From the sequence record PV245934.1: a stretch of 64,000 nucleotides of DNA; one strand, given 5' to 3'. This document shows positions 54,603 through 63,827 of this stretch, piece after piece. This DNA is from Escherichia phage sutha. How positions within the stretch are numbered: position 1 is the stretch's first letter; every line of letters begins with the position of its first letter. The translations under genes were made by a program, and so were the position numbers. The notes under the pieces are model-generated. The model saw only the letters and a program-made list of their open reading frames with translations. It was not told where the DNA came from and ran no database searches.

Positions 54603-54785
54603 TTATCCTCGACAATCAACTTCACATACTTTCTTGTCATCAATGAAAGCTTTAACTAATGCTTTATTAACTTCAGCATATTGAGTAGTAGCCCATTGAA
54701 CGTCATCTTTCATCATTGTGATTTCTTTAGTAAACATGCTTTCATTCTTAAACCACCCCATAAAAACTACCTTTACTAATTCCAT
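54603..54785 (-). CDS. dmd: Dmd antitoxin (discrimination of mRNA degradation)
   Basis: 60 aa, MELVKVVFMGWFKNESMFTKEITMMKDDVQWATTQYAEVNKALVKAFIDDKKVCEVDCRG. Confidence 0.85.
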   Translation of the reverse strand: MELVKVVFMGWFKNESMFTKEITMMKDDVQWATTQYAEVNKALVKAFIDDKKVCEVDCRG

Positions 54786-54810
54786 AAAAATCTCCTCATT
54801 TAACCAACAA

Positions 54811-54844
54811 GACTACTATACCATAGTCTTGTCAGCTTGTAAAC
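54811..54844 (-). promoter_or_regulatory. T4 early-type promoter
   Basis: rc GTTTAC at 54839-54844, TGGTATAGT -10. Confidence 0.45.
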
Positions 54845-56271
54845 TAAAATTTTAATTCATTTGCCAAAGCATCTAACTGAGCTCGAGCCGATTCATTTCT
54901 TTGATAGCGGTTCTGTTCAGCCTGAATCTGCTGTGAACCTGCTACTTCGTTCACTTCAGTTGGAGTAGAATCTTGTTCAATTTCTACCCATTTCTGATTT
55001 CCTTTTTGAACACCCATCAAAAACTTATTCCATTTATTCTTATCACCATATCGTGATTTGATTTGCTTAATGAGTTGTTGTTCAGCAGCTGCTAACTCCT
55101 CGGTTTCAATGACCGCAAGCATAAAATCGGCTGTTGCTGGAAGACCGGCGGATTCTGCAATATCGCTCATGTTAACATCAGAAGAATCCCAAGCTTGCTT
55201 ACCAACCTGCGCTGCAGTCCAAAGAACAGTTTCGGTTTCAACAGCCAGAGCACGCAATTCTTCTGCGATGGCTTTAACAGTTGTGTAACTATTTTCTGAA
55301 TAAACTCTGATGCGACAAGATTTACAAATACCCAAATAGTCAACAATAATGATTGTTGGAACAAAATTCTTCTTGAGCTTTAATTCGTTTAAAAGCGATC
55401 GAAATGTATTAGCGTCTGCTCCACCAGTAGGATACTGTTTAACGATTAAACGTCCAAGGGTAGATTTCTCACGCCATTTTTCCATTTTTCCTTTATATTC
55501 AGCGTAAGAAATATGCCCATCATCAATGTCATCAAGAGAAACATCGAGCATATTAGCGTCAATACGCTTAGCACAGACTTCTTCTGCCATTTCCATGGAA
55601 ATGTAAAGAACATTATGTCCAAGCTGTAAATAATCTGCTGCCAATGAACACAGACCTAATGACTTACCGACGTTAACACCAGCCATTAAAACGTTCAGTG
55701 TTCCAGTCTCAGCTCCGCCTTTAGTAATTTTGTTTAGAATTTTGAGTTTAAATGGAACCTTACGAGCTTTATTCATATAAGATAGCCAACGTGCTTCGTA
55801 GTCATCCATCCAATCATGACCAACGTAGCTATCAAATGAAATTGATAATGCTTGACGCATGATGTCAGGAATAGCACCTACATCTGGCATTTTCTTATTT
55901 CGTTTTTCCGGAGGAAGCTCAGCATTAGTTTGAATTTCAATTATTTTAGACGTAGCATTAAACATCGCCCTTTGCTGAACATATTTTTCTGTTTCTTTTA
56001 CTAACCAGCTGTGGTCTTCTGGCGAATCGGCCAGTTTTGAAATAAGTGTTTTTACACCAGAATATTCTGTTTCAGTAAATGAACTATTTTCTAATGCAAC
56101 ATTTAACGCATTAATAGATGGAACGCTATGGTACTCATTGACATGAGATTTAATTAATTTGAATGTATTTTTAGCTGGACCACTTTCAAAATATTCTGAA
56201 TCCATATATGGCCAAACTTTTGAAAAATAAGCTTGATCAAATATGAGATGAGAAAGAATAATTTCTACCAC
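54844..56271 (-). CDS. 41: replicative DNA helicase gp41 (DnaB-like)
   Basis: 475 aa, Walker A AGVNVGKS. Confidence 0.9.
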   Translation of the reverse strand: MVEIILSHLIFDQAYFSKVWPYMDSEYFESGPAKNTFKLIKSHVNEYHSVPSINALNVALENSSFTETEYSGVKTLISKLADSPEDHSWLVKETEKYVQQRAMFNATSKIIEIQTNAELPPEKRNKKMPDVGAIPDIMRQALSISFDSYVGHDWMDDYEARWLSYMNKARKVPFKLKILNKITKGGAETGTLNVLMAGVNVGKSLGLCSLAADYLQLGHNVLYISMEMAEEVCAKRIDANMLDVSLDDIDDGHISYAEYKGKMEKWREKSTLGRLIVKQYPTGGADANTFRSLLNELKLKKNFVPTIIIVDYLGICKSCRIRVYSENSYTTVKAIAEELRALAVETETVLWTAAQVGKQAWDSSDVNMSDIAESAGLPATADFMLAVIETEELAAAEQQLIKQIKSRYGDKNKWNKFLMGVQKGNQKWVEIEQDSTPTEVNEVAGSQQIQAEQNRYQRNESARAQLDALANELKF

Positions 56272-56280
56272 ACTTACTCC

Positions 56281-56643
56281 TTAAAAGAATTTAAATTTTT
56301 TCTTTGACCTTTTATTAAATGCATCTTGTAGTTGCATTGTAATACATTTTTCTACATGAGGAGCTAACTCAGCTTTTCTTTCTTGGTCAAGAACAGCAAA
56401 GTCCATTACGACTTTTCCATCAACCCAATCTAATTTTGTCACATACACAATGTGTGTAGAACCGTCTTCTAGTTTAATGACAATCTCCTGGATAACATTT
56501 TCCATAGCAGATTTAATTATCTTAAGAGATTCATTAAAAAGACGTTCTTTTCTTTCTTCTTCCCCCTCCGAAGAGGGGGATTCATCGATAATTTCTAGAT
56601 CTAAATCTAAATCATCTTTATTCATTAAATTCTTCCATATCAC
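56281..56643 (-). CDS. 40: gp40 head assembly protein (by position)
   Basis: 120-aa ORF between uvsX and 41; acidic region ESPSSEGEEE. Confidence 0.6.
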   Translation of the reverse strand: MIWKNLMNKDDLDLDLEIIDESPSSEGEEERKERLFNESLKIIKSAMENVIQEIVIKLEDGSTHIVYVTKLDWVDGKVVMDFAVLDQERKAELAPHVEKCITMQLQDAFNKRSKKKFKFF

Positions 56644-56687
56644 TTAACTGATCTAGGTCAGTTTCTAAATCAGCTGCTGATTTACTT

Positions 56688-57800
56688 TTACTTTCTGGAG
56701 ATTTTAAATTTTTCAACCTTTGAGTTAATCAATTCATCAACTTCAGCTTCAACAATTTCATTACTATCAATAGCACCTAACTGATAAGCACGTTTAATAG
56801 CATCTCGGAATGGTTGATGCTTAAATAAAGGACCCCAGAATGTAGTGCAATTGGTATCTTTTGCACGCCAAGATTTTTCTTCGCGAATCATCTCACCGGT
56901 TTCTTCATCAAGAAATTCACGAGCATACCAACCATTTTTAGGTTTTACTACAAATCCTAATTCAAGAGCCATATCTAACAATCCAGAATAAGGATCGATA
57001 CCACCGTCAAATTTAACATCAATAAAGAATTTACTTTTTTCTTTGACGGTACGAGATTTTTCTACATTTAGAACAAATTGATACCCCTGAAGATCAGAAC
57101 CATCTTTAATCTGGCGCTTACCGATAATGAATACAGTATCAGCCGAATACATTACGCCTGTACCACCTGTCATCACGGTTTTACTAAACATTTCAATTGT
57201 TTCAATTGTATGGTTAACCGCAACACATGGAATGTTTTTAATACTAAAATAAGGAGTAACAATACGGAATAATGACTTCAGTGATTTAGCACGAGTCATA
57301 TCTGCCACAGATTTTTCATTCAAGGCATCTTCCGTTTCTTTCTTAGAAGCCATATTACCAATTGAGTCGATGAATACAATAACCTTTTCACCACGCTCAA
57401 TAGCTTCAAGCTGATTCACCATATCAATTTTCAGCTGTTCAACTGACTGAATTGGCGTATGAATTACTCGTTCCGGGTCAACCCCCATGGATCGCAAATA
57501 AGCTGGAGTAATACCAAATTCGCTATCATAGAATAGACAAACTGCATCAGGATATTTGTTCAAATATGCCGCAACCATAGTCAAAGACATATTTGATTTA
57601 AAGTGTTTAGAAGGCCCTGCGAAAATAGTTAAACCAGACTGCATACCGCCATTAATCGCACCAGAAATAGCAATATTAAGCATTGGAATTTTTGTACGAA
57701 TTACATCCTTTTCATTAAAGAATTTAGATGTAGTCAGTTCAGCAGTCATTTTAGAAGTGGAAGCTTTAATCAAACGGGATTTTAAATCTGCAATAGACAT
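56688..57800 (-). CDS. uvsX: UvsX recombinase (RecA homologue), C-terminally truncated by apparent frameshift
   Basis: MSIADLKSRLIKASTSK..., 370 aa ending ...KVEKFKISRK; shifted frame continues to a stop at about 56622. Confidence 0.85.
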   Translation of the reverse strand: MSIADLKSRLIKASTSKMTAELTTSKFFNEKDVIRTKIPMLNIAISGAINGGMQSGLTIFAGPSKHFKSNMSLTMVAAYLNKYPDAVCLFYDSEFGITPAYLRSMGVDPERVIHTPIQSVEQLKIDMVNQLEAIERGEKVIVFIDSIGNMASKKETEDALNEKSVADMTRAKSLKSLFRIVTPYFSIKNIPCVAVNHTIETIEMFSKTVMTGGTGVMYSADTVFIIGKRQIKDGSDLQGYQFVLNVEKSRTVKEKSKFFIDVKFDGGIDPYSGLLDMALELGFVVKPKNGWYAREFLDEETGEMIREEKSWRAKDTNCTTFWGPLFKHQPFRDAIKRAYQLGAIDSNEIVEAEVDELINSKVEKFKISRK

Positions 57801-57878
57801 TCATTTTTTTCCATAGGCATCATTATATTTTCCTCACTGGTTAAAGATAGAGTAATTATAACACAATAAATTTAGGCA

Positions 57879-58727
57879 TTAATCAACTGCTATTGGATGA
57901 ATAGCATTAAACTTATGAAATGCTTCTGATTTTTCTTTACGCGAAACACACATGCGAAGAACCTTTAGTGGTTCATCTTCTTCACCCAACGATTTTCGTT
58001 TTTCAATATTCGATGTTTTCCAACGAGCTTGCTCTGGAAACTCTCTATTGATTTGTTCAAGCGCTCTATTATGTTTAGAATTACTACGAATTGAACTACA
58101 CCCGCCAGGAGCTTGTGCTTTTCCAGATACAACTAGATATTTGAACAAGGCCAAATGCGGATAACCTTGATTAATTAAATTGAGAAATGCATACATATCT
58201 TCGCATAAATCAATTTTTCCATACCCAATTTGTTCTGTAGTAAGTTTTCCAAGGTCATACCATGTATTCGTGAATCCATATGAGTTTTCACGATAATTAC
58301 CCCAAGATGAAGTAATTTTAAAAATTGGTAGACGAGCATGGCCATGATAATACCCGCAATCCATGGCATCCTCAACGTATTGAATCAATTCATAGAACTG
58401 TTCACGAGTTAATTGATTAATTTTATCTACACATCGGCGATCATCTCTTTTTCGCATTGAACTCATACGAATAGTAGTATCATCGTCAATCATCCAGATT
58501 CGTTGACCTGCATACATATCAGTAATTGCTTTACGAGTACCGGCAATTCCATTAACATCATCAGGAATAGTTACAATTTTAGCTTTAGACCCGTAAGCGT
58601 CATAATAAGCTTTTTCTTCATGTTCACGTACTACAATATGGGGTTCATAATCAGTCGGAAACATATCAAGGGCAGAAACTGCCCCTACGCGTTGATAACT
58701 TGGAATTACGAATTGAATCATTTCCAC
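57879..58727 (-). CDS. glycosyltransferase (DXD-motif), at the locus of T4 beta-glucosyltransferase
   Basis: 282 aa with IWMIDDDTTI motif; does not match T4 beta-gt sequence or length (351 aa). Confidence 0.55.
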   Translation of the reverse strand: MEMIQFVIPSYQRVGAVSALDMFPTDYEPHIVVREHEEKAYYDAYGSKAKIVTIPDDVNGIAGTRKAITDMYAGQRIWMIDDDTTIRMSSMRKRDDRRCVDKINQLTREQFYELIQYVEDAMDCGYYHGHARLPIFKITSSWGNYRENSYGFTNTWYDLGKLTTEQIGYGKIDLCEDMYAFLNLINQGYPHLALFKYLVVSGKAQAPGGCSSIRSNSKHNRALEQINREFPEQARWKTSNIEKRKSLGEEDEPLKVLRMCVSRKEKSEAFHKFNAIHPIAVD

Positions 58728-59458
58728 TCACCATTATAATCTTTTTTCGCAATATGAGTTTCGCCAGTTTTCCACCAATGGTCAACCAAATAAAAATGAC
58801 GGGAATACACATGAAGACTTCCGACATTCCATATAATGGAACCTGCTTTATACTGACGAGTTGAATCGCCTGCATTCAAATCAGATACTAATTTATCTAA
58901 TACGTATTTTTGCCATGCATAATCATTACGGAATCCGAAGACCACGTCATTTGAGCGCATGCTTACTACTGCATTGACTTTCTTATCACGAATCAGGTAC
59001 TGTACTGTATTCGTACACATGAAATCTGACATACCATTTTTATTGTAGTCAAATTGCATGGATGGACGAGTATAAATCATGATACCACGTCGAGAATCAG
59101 GATTTTGACCAAGTTCAGCTAAACACATGTCATATTGAGCATAGTTATCTTCTGACCAGATAGCCCAACCATAATTCGAGTTAATTTCACCTTTAGAAGA
59201 TGCTACCTGCTGCCAAATCTTTGGTGTTTCACCTGGAATATCTTTAACAAACAGACTTTGAGACTTGTACCATTCAAGTTCACGCTGAATGTATTCATCA
59301 TTAAGAGCGCCAAAAATAAACGGTTCATCTGCTACAAATGATGCGCCAATAATTTCAATAGTTTTAACACCAGTTTTATCAACTACGAAATCTTTTTCTT
59401 TTAATGCAAGCCCCAAATGAAGACGGATTTCTTCAACTGTCAAAGAGTCACTAATCAT
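58718..59458 (-). CDS. 42: dCMP hydroxymethylase gp42
   Basis: 246 aa, thymidylate-synthase-like fold signature. Confidence 0.85.
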   Translation of the reverse strand: MISDSLTVEEIRLHLGLALKEKDFVVDKTGVKTIEIIGASFVADEPFIFGALNDEYIQRELEWYKSQSLFVKDIPGETPKIWQQVASSKGEINSNYGWAIWSEDNYAQYDMCLAELGQNPDSRRGIMIYTRPSMQFDYNKNGMSDFMCTNTVQYLIRDKKVNAVVSMRSNDVVFGFRNDYAWQKYVLDKLVSDLNAGDSTRQYKAGSIIWNVGSLHVYSRHFYLVDHWWKTGETHIAKKDYNGEWK

Positions 59459-59465
59459 TTAAACC

Positions 59466-59615
59466 TCAATTGATACATTCATATTTAACTTGTAACAGTA
59501 ATAAACCCCAACCTAAAATAATAGTTGGAATCATAAGAGGAACCGTTACACTATAGTATATACTTATTATAACCATCAAGATTAAAAGCAATGCTGTTAT
59601 AATTTTGCTTTTCAT
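59466..59615 (-). CDS. small hydrophobic membrane protein (49 aa), below ORF-track cutoff
   Basis: MKSKIITALLLILMVIISIYYSVTVPLMIPTIILGWGLLLLQVKYECIN; ATG overlaps imm stop. Confidence 0.35.
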   Translation of the reverse strand: MKSKIITALLLILMVIISIYYSVTVPLMIPTIILGWGLLLLQVKYECIN

Positions 59616-59863
59616 TCCTTCTCTCTGATGATAATTACCTGATTTGGCTGCGCAGACTTTTTAGTTTCACCTGCAATTGACCAAATAAATGTAATAAACC
59701 AACCAATAATTGACCAGTTAAACAGTAAAGATGTGAAAAAGATTCCTACTGTCGATTTTGACCCACGCATCAAGGCGATAAACCATGGAAGCATGTATAT
59801 AATAATAGCCAACACGCCTGAAACTAAAACCATAAAAATTGAACCTGCTACTAAAGTTTCCAT
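59612..59863 (-). CDS. imm: immunity protein Imm (superinfection exclusion membrane protein)
   Basis: 83 aa, two TM helices; position between 42 and 43. Confidence 0.75.
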   Translation of the reverse strand: METLVAGSIFMVLVSGVLAIIIYMLPWFIALMRGSKSTVGIFFTSLLFNWSIIGWFITFIWSIAGETKKSAQPNQVIIIREKE

Positions 59864-59870
59864 GTTTTCC

Positions 59871-60251
59871 TCACTTAGTCAAATTTTTTACACATGAATT
59901 ATAAGAATTCACTACATACTCCATCGGAGCGTTTTTACCAGTACGCCATTGGTAATTATTAGCCCAATTAGCCCAAAGCTCGGCGCAGTAGTTTTCAATT
60001 TTTTCTTCGTGTGTAATTACATCCGAATTACGATATGCTTGAGCAGATTCATCTGGACGAATAGCTTCGTCAAAATTCGCCTGCATTTGTTCTACTGTCT
60101 GTTTTGGAGCTTCTTTATAGCACTTGACATTAGGATTATAAAATTTGCTTGAACAGTTTACAATTTTTCCTACATCAGACTGATTTACTACCGGTCCTTG
60201 AGCTACACAACCAGTAAGACCTAATGCAATAACCAAAATAGCGATTTTCAT
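59871..60251 (-). CDS. putative lipoprotein (126 aa)
   Basis: Signal peptide with lipobox LTGC. Confidence 0.45.
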   Translation of the reverse strand: MKIAILVIALGLTGCVAQGPVVNQSDVGKIVNCSSKFYNPNVKCYKEAPKQTVEQMQANFDEAIRPDESAQAYRNSDVITHEEKIENYCAELWANWANNYQWRTGKNAPMEYVVNSYNSCVKNLTK

Positions 60252-60261
60252 AATAATTTCC

Positions 60262-60510
60262 TCAAATACAAGTAGTAATTACTCCAGTAGTGCTTACACA
60301 GATATTACCTAATTGAACACCCAGCGTTCCATTAGTATTCATATGAAGATTATCATCAATTTTTGTTGATACTTTACCATTCATGTGAATAACAGTATTA
60401 GATTCAATCACATTCTGAGTATCATTTTCAATATCAATAAATGGAACAGCTGCTAATGCAACTAAACACACTGCTAAGCAACCATAAACAATTTTCATTT
60501 TATTCTCCAA
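60262..60510 (-). CDS. hypothetical secreted protein (82 aa)
   Basis: N-terminal signal-like hydrophobic segment. Confidence 0.4.
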   Translation of the reverse strand: MENKMKIVYGCLAVCLVALAAVPFIDIENDTQNVIESNTVIHMNGKVSTKIDDNLHMNTNGTLGVQLGNICVSTTGVITTCI

Positions 60511-60531
60511 ATCCGTATCAGTAGTTGATAG

Positions 60532-60565
60532 TTGTATAGTACCATAGAAGAACAGGGATGTAAAC
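60532..60565 (-). promoter_or_regulatory. T4 early-type promoter (conserved cassette)
   Basis: rc GTTTAC at 60560-60565, conserved -10/leader block. Confidence 0.5.
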
Positions 60566-60644
60566 AGTTTTGTGAAAAAATTTTTAGGGAATCCAAAGGG
60601 TCCAGAATCATCTCTTTTTCATAAGTATAGATTTATATTACTTG

Positions 60645-60670
60645 TATGAAAAAGGGACCTGGAGGTCCCT
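60645..60670 (-). terminator. rho-independent terminator downstream of gene 43
   Basis: rc GGGACC-TCCA-GGTCCC hairpin followed by TTTTTCAT. Confidence 0.55.
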
Positions 60671-60682
60671 AGATTTATTCTA

Positions 60683-63379
60683 TCAGCCAAACAGGAAGTC
60701 TAACGAAGCTTTTTCTTCATAGTCCATGCCAGCCGATTCACACATACCCGCAAGCGGTTTAACAAACGATTTTTGGAACAAAGTTGAGTGGTCAATCCAA
60801 GATAGCACATCAGAACGAATTTCTTTTGGAAGTTCTGTACCCGATGGCCAAGCAATGCACTTGTCACCAAATGGATTTCCTTCACGTAATGGAAGAACCA
60901 TTACTTTATTTCCATCCAAAATTGGAGCTACACCCAGACCACTAACAGCTCGACGATAAGTTAGCACACCGCGAATATGGAACGGGCATTTAAATCCTGG
61001 CCAACCTTTATCATCATATTTCGCTATATCGTTCGCAGTTTTTACTTCAGCAATAACTTTATAGTCAAGTTGACGATATTCTTTCTCGAAGTTCTTGTAG
61101 TATTCTTGGACAGACTCTTCACCTTCCTGAAGAATACGACGAATACTTTCTTCGAGAGCTTCTTGCACTGCTTTTGGTGTTGAACTCTGCTGAGTTTCCA
61201 TACCCATGATTTTTAGATGCGGTTCAGCAAATCGCTTATCTTCCATATCATAAACGTTCAGAGCATAACGCTTTTTCGCTTTCCAAAATCCACCAACGCC
61301 CTTTGAACCAAGTGGAGGGCAAGAAATAGCTTCACGGTCCATATGCATCAGATGCTCGCGGTTATTCATATAATCACATAACTCACGATATGCAACATCA
61401 ATCATAGGTTCCATCTTTTTCTTACCGAACTGATTCATGAATTCAACTAAATCGTTCTGCTCTTTGAATCGGTCAAGACCAACTTTTTCAATAACTTTAT
61501 CTACACAGACATATACCGAATCAGTATCACCTGCTGCGATAAAATCTTCATCATTAGTTCCACATACTTTATTCAGATATTCATTAATTTTACGAGCAAT
61601 CCACTGAATACCAACTTGGCCGAAAATTGTGATAGCAGTAGCATTTCGCAAATCATAGTAACGGAAATGAATATTACCAAGAGCACCATAAAGACTGTTA
61701 ATAAGAATTTTACGGTTCAGCTGATTTGTATTAGCAAGTGTAGCAGCTTTTTCACATTCTTCAATCAGACTATTGAGAACAGATTCAGTATAATTCGATA
61801 GTTCATTTAAGAAATCATCACTGAACTTAACATATCGTTCAACTTCTGGTTTAGTTGAACAAGACCCTGCGCCTTTCATAATAATCTTTTTAATAGCTTC
61901 GGCATTCATTTCTTCAGCGAACATTTTCTTTTTCCAGTCTTTACGCTGGAAAAATACTTTAGCGATTTCCTTTGGAATGATACCTTCTTGATGCTTATCA
62001 TACATCCATCCATTCGGAGAACAAGAATATTCATCACTCGGTTTAGGAGCTGTTCCTGCGATATATTCATGAATTGGATGAACTTTAAACTGCCCACGAA
62101 TAGTCTCAGGACTAATGTTAACCTGACGAATAATGCTCGGATACAGAGACGTCAAGTCAAAACTCATAATATATCGACGAGCAATTGGTTTAGGTTCAAA
62201 CACAAATGCACCCGGAAAACTCTGTTTAACGTGCGAACCCTGTTGAGGAATAACCTTATGTTCACCTTTCAATGAGTTAAAAATAATAGCATCCCAAGTT
62301 TTAATAGGACTCATTACACCGGAAAAAGGCATTTTAGCGTAATAAGACATACTTAAAACTAGATCGATAAACCCGCGAATTTTATCAATTGCTTGAACTG
62401 ATTCTACGTCAATGATGTTATAACTAATGTATCGTTGATGATTAGTCTCACGAAGTTTATTAATAGGACCATCGTACGGTAATTTACCTTTTTTGGTTTC
62501 ATGTTGAGCAACTGATTCCAAAGAGAATGACGGCAAATTAGTAAATGCGAATTTCTTATACAAATCTAAATAATCAAGAATAGATACGCCATCAATAGAA
62601 TAAATTTCTTTGCTACCGTACACATTTTGAATTAGTTTAGATTTTACTCGACCGATTGGAGAGAAACGTTTCATACTACGTTCACCGAGAACCATTTTAA
62701 CGCGATTCATGATATACGGAACGTCAAACCCCTCAATATTCCAACCAGTAAAAATGGCAGGTCGTTTCTGTTCCCAGAGATTGATATATTCCATGAGCAT
62801 ATCACGCTCATTATCAAATGGCATATAAATTACTCGGTCAAGAATTTCTTGAGGAACTTCATCACCACCTTCACAGTCAAGCTTAGCAGCTAACTTTGCA
62901 TCCCATTTTGATACTGAACCGTACATTGAATTCAACAAATCAAAGACGTAAAAACGATCGTCAATTGAATCATAATGAGTGATAGCATCAATTTCATATT
63001 CTGCTTTCATTGGGTCAGGAAATTTATCACCAGTAACCTCAATGTCACAGTTAGCTACACGAACAAATTTTCGGTCATAAACAATTTCTGAACCATATGT
63101 ATCACTGATATAAGCGAGTTTAAAATCGTTCATACCGAGAGCTTCGAGACCGATGTCTTCCATTCGCTTCATCCAGTCTCGTGCATCTTTCATTGATGGA
63201 AATTTTTGAGGAGCGCAATTTTTACCATAAATGTCTTTGTATTTTGACTCTTCCTTACAATGCCTAAACATAGTCGGAAGATATTCTACTTCACGAGTAC
63301 GTTCCTTTCCGTTTTCATCAATATAACGCTCAACAATATTATTTCCGACTGTTTCGATAGAGATATAAAATTCTTTCAT
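60683..63379 (-). CDS. 43: DNA polymerase gp43 (family B)
   Basis: 898 aa, MKEFYISIETVGNNIVERYIDENGKERTREVEYLPTMFRHC..., exonuclease and polymerase motifs. Confidence 0.95.
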   Translation of the reverse strand: MKEFYISIETVGNNIVERYIDENGKERTREVEYLPTMFRHCKEESKYKDIYGKNCAPQKFPSMKDARDWMKRMEDIGLEALGMNDFKLAYISDTYGSEIVYDRKFVRVANCDIEVTGDKFPDPMKAEYEIDAITHYDSIDDRFYVFDLLNSMYGSVSKWDAKLAAKLDCEGGDEVPQEILDRVIYMPFDNERDMLMEYINLWEQKRPAIFTGWNIEGFDVPYIMNRVKMVLGERSMKRFSPIGRVKSKLIQNVYGSKEIYSIDGVSILDYLDLYKKFAFTNLPSFSLESVAQHETKKGKLPYDGPINKLRETNHQRYISYNIIDVESVQAIDKIRGFIDLVLSMSYYAKMPFSGVMSPIKTWDAIIFNSLKGEHKVIPQQGSHVKQSFPGAFVFEPKPIARRYIMSFDLTSLYPSIIRQVNISPETIRGQFKVHPIHEYIAGTAPKPSDEYSCSPNGWMYDKHQEGIIPKEIAKVFFQRKDWKKKMFAEEMNAEAIKKIIMKGAGSCSTKPEVERYVKFSDDFLNELSNYTESVLNSLIEECEKAATLANTNQLNRKILINSLYGALGNIHFRYYDLRNATAITIFGQVGIQWIARKINEYLNKVCGTNDEDFIAAGDTDSVYVCVDKVIEKVGLDRFKEQNDLVEFMNQFGKKKMEPMIDVAYRELCDYMNNREHLMHMDREAISCPPLGSKGVGGFWKAKKRYALNVYDMEDKRFAEPHLKIMGMETQQSSTPKAVQEALEESIRRILQEGEESVQEYYKNFEKEYRQLDYKVIAEVKTANDIAKYDDKGWPGFKCPFHIRGVLTYRRAVSGLGVAPILDGNKVMVLPLREGNPFGDKCIAWPSGTELPKEIRSDVLSWIDHSTLFQKSFVKPLAGMCESAGMDYEEKASLDFLFG

Positions 63380-63382
63380 AGA

Positions 63383-63425
63383 TATTCCTTAGTTTATAGC
63401 CCGAGTTATTAGGCTCTTGATATAT
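63383..63425 (-). promoter_or_regulatory. gene 43 translational operator hairpin upstream of start codon
   Basis: rc AGAGCCTAATAACTCGGGCTATAAACTAAGGAATATCTATG: hairpin plus SD, as in the T4 gp43 autoregulatory site. Confidence 0.5.
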
Positions 63426-63436
63426 TATACTCCAAA

Positions 63437-63454
63437 TAAGGGGCCGAAGCCCCT
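63437..63454 (-). terminator. GC-rich hairpin downstream of regA (weak U-tract)
   Basis: rc AAGGGGC-TTCG-GCCCCTT followed by ATTTGG. Confidence 0.4.
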
Positions 63455-63457
63455 TGC

Positions 63458-63826
63458 TTAATTACCAATCGTATATTTAGGAACGAGTTTCCATTCATGT
63501 TTTTGTTTAAAAGAAATAACTCGGAAGTTATTAGTTAAATCTTTCATAAAAGTTCTTTGACCAGGGACGATTTCAATCAGTCCCCAATCTTCTAATAGCC
63601 ATGCAATCGAATCACGACGAACTTCATCTTCTTCTGTCATTTCAACTTGGCGACCATCCATACGAAGCATTTCTTTAAAATGAACGATATAGTATAGTCC
63701 TTTTTTCTGAAGAATATGACAGGACTGATACAGAACTTTATCTTTATTATTAGCAATTCCCATACGAGTCAAAGTTTCTTTTACTTTCAGAAAATCTTCA
63801 GGTTTTTTAAGAGTAATTTCAATCAT
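63458..63826 (-). CDS. regA: translational repressor RegA
   Basis: 122 aa, MIEITLKKPEDFLKVKETLTRMGIANNKDKVLYQSCHILQKKGLYYIVHFKEM... Confidence 0.9.
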   Translation of the reverse strand: MIEITLKKPEDFLKVKETLTRMGIANNKDKVLYQSCHILQKKGLYYIVHFKEMLRMDGRQVEMTEEDEVRRDSIAWLLEDWGLIEIVPGQRTFMKDLTNNFRVISFKQKHEWKLVPKYTIGN

Positions 63827-63827
63827 T

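Noticed and set aside
13926-60565. Dispersed direct repeats considered as a possible CRISPR array or mobile-element ends
   Set aside because: Copies are kilobases apart with irregular spacing, each sits immediately upstream of a gene with an SD, and they contain the GTTTAC/-10 architecture of T4 early promoters.
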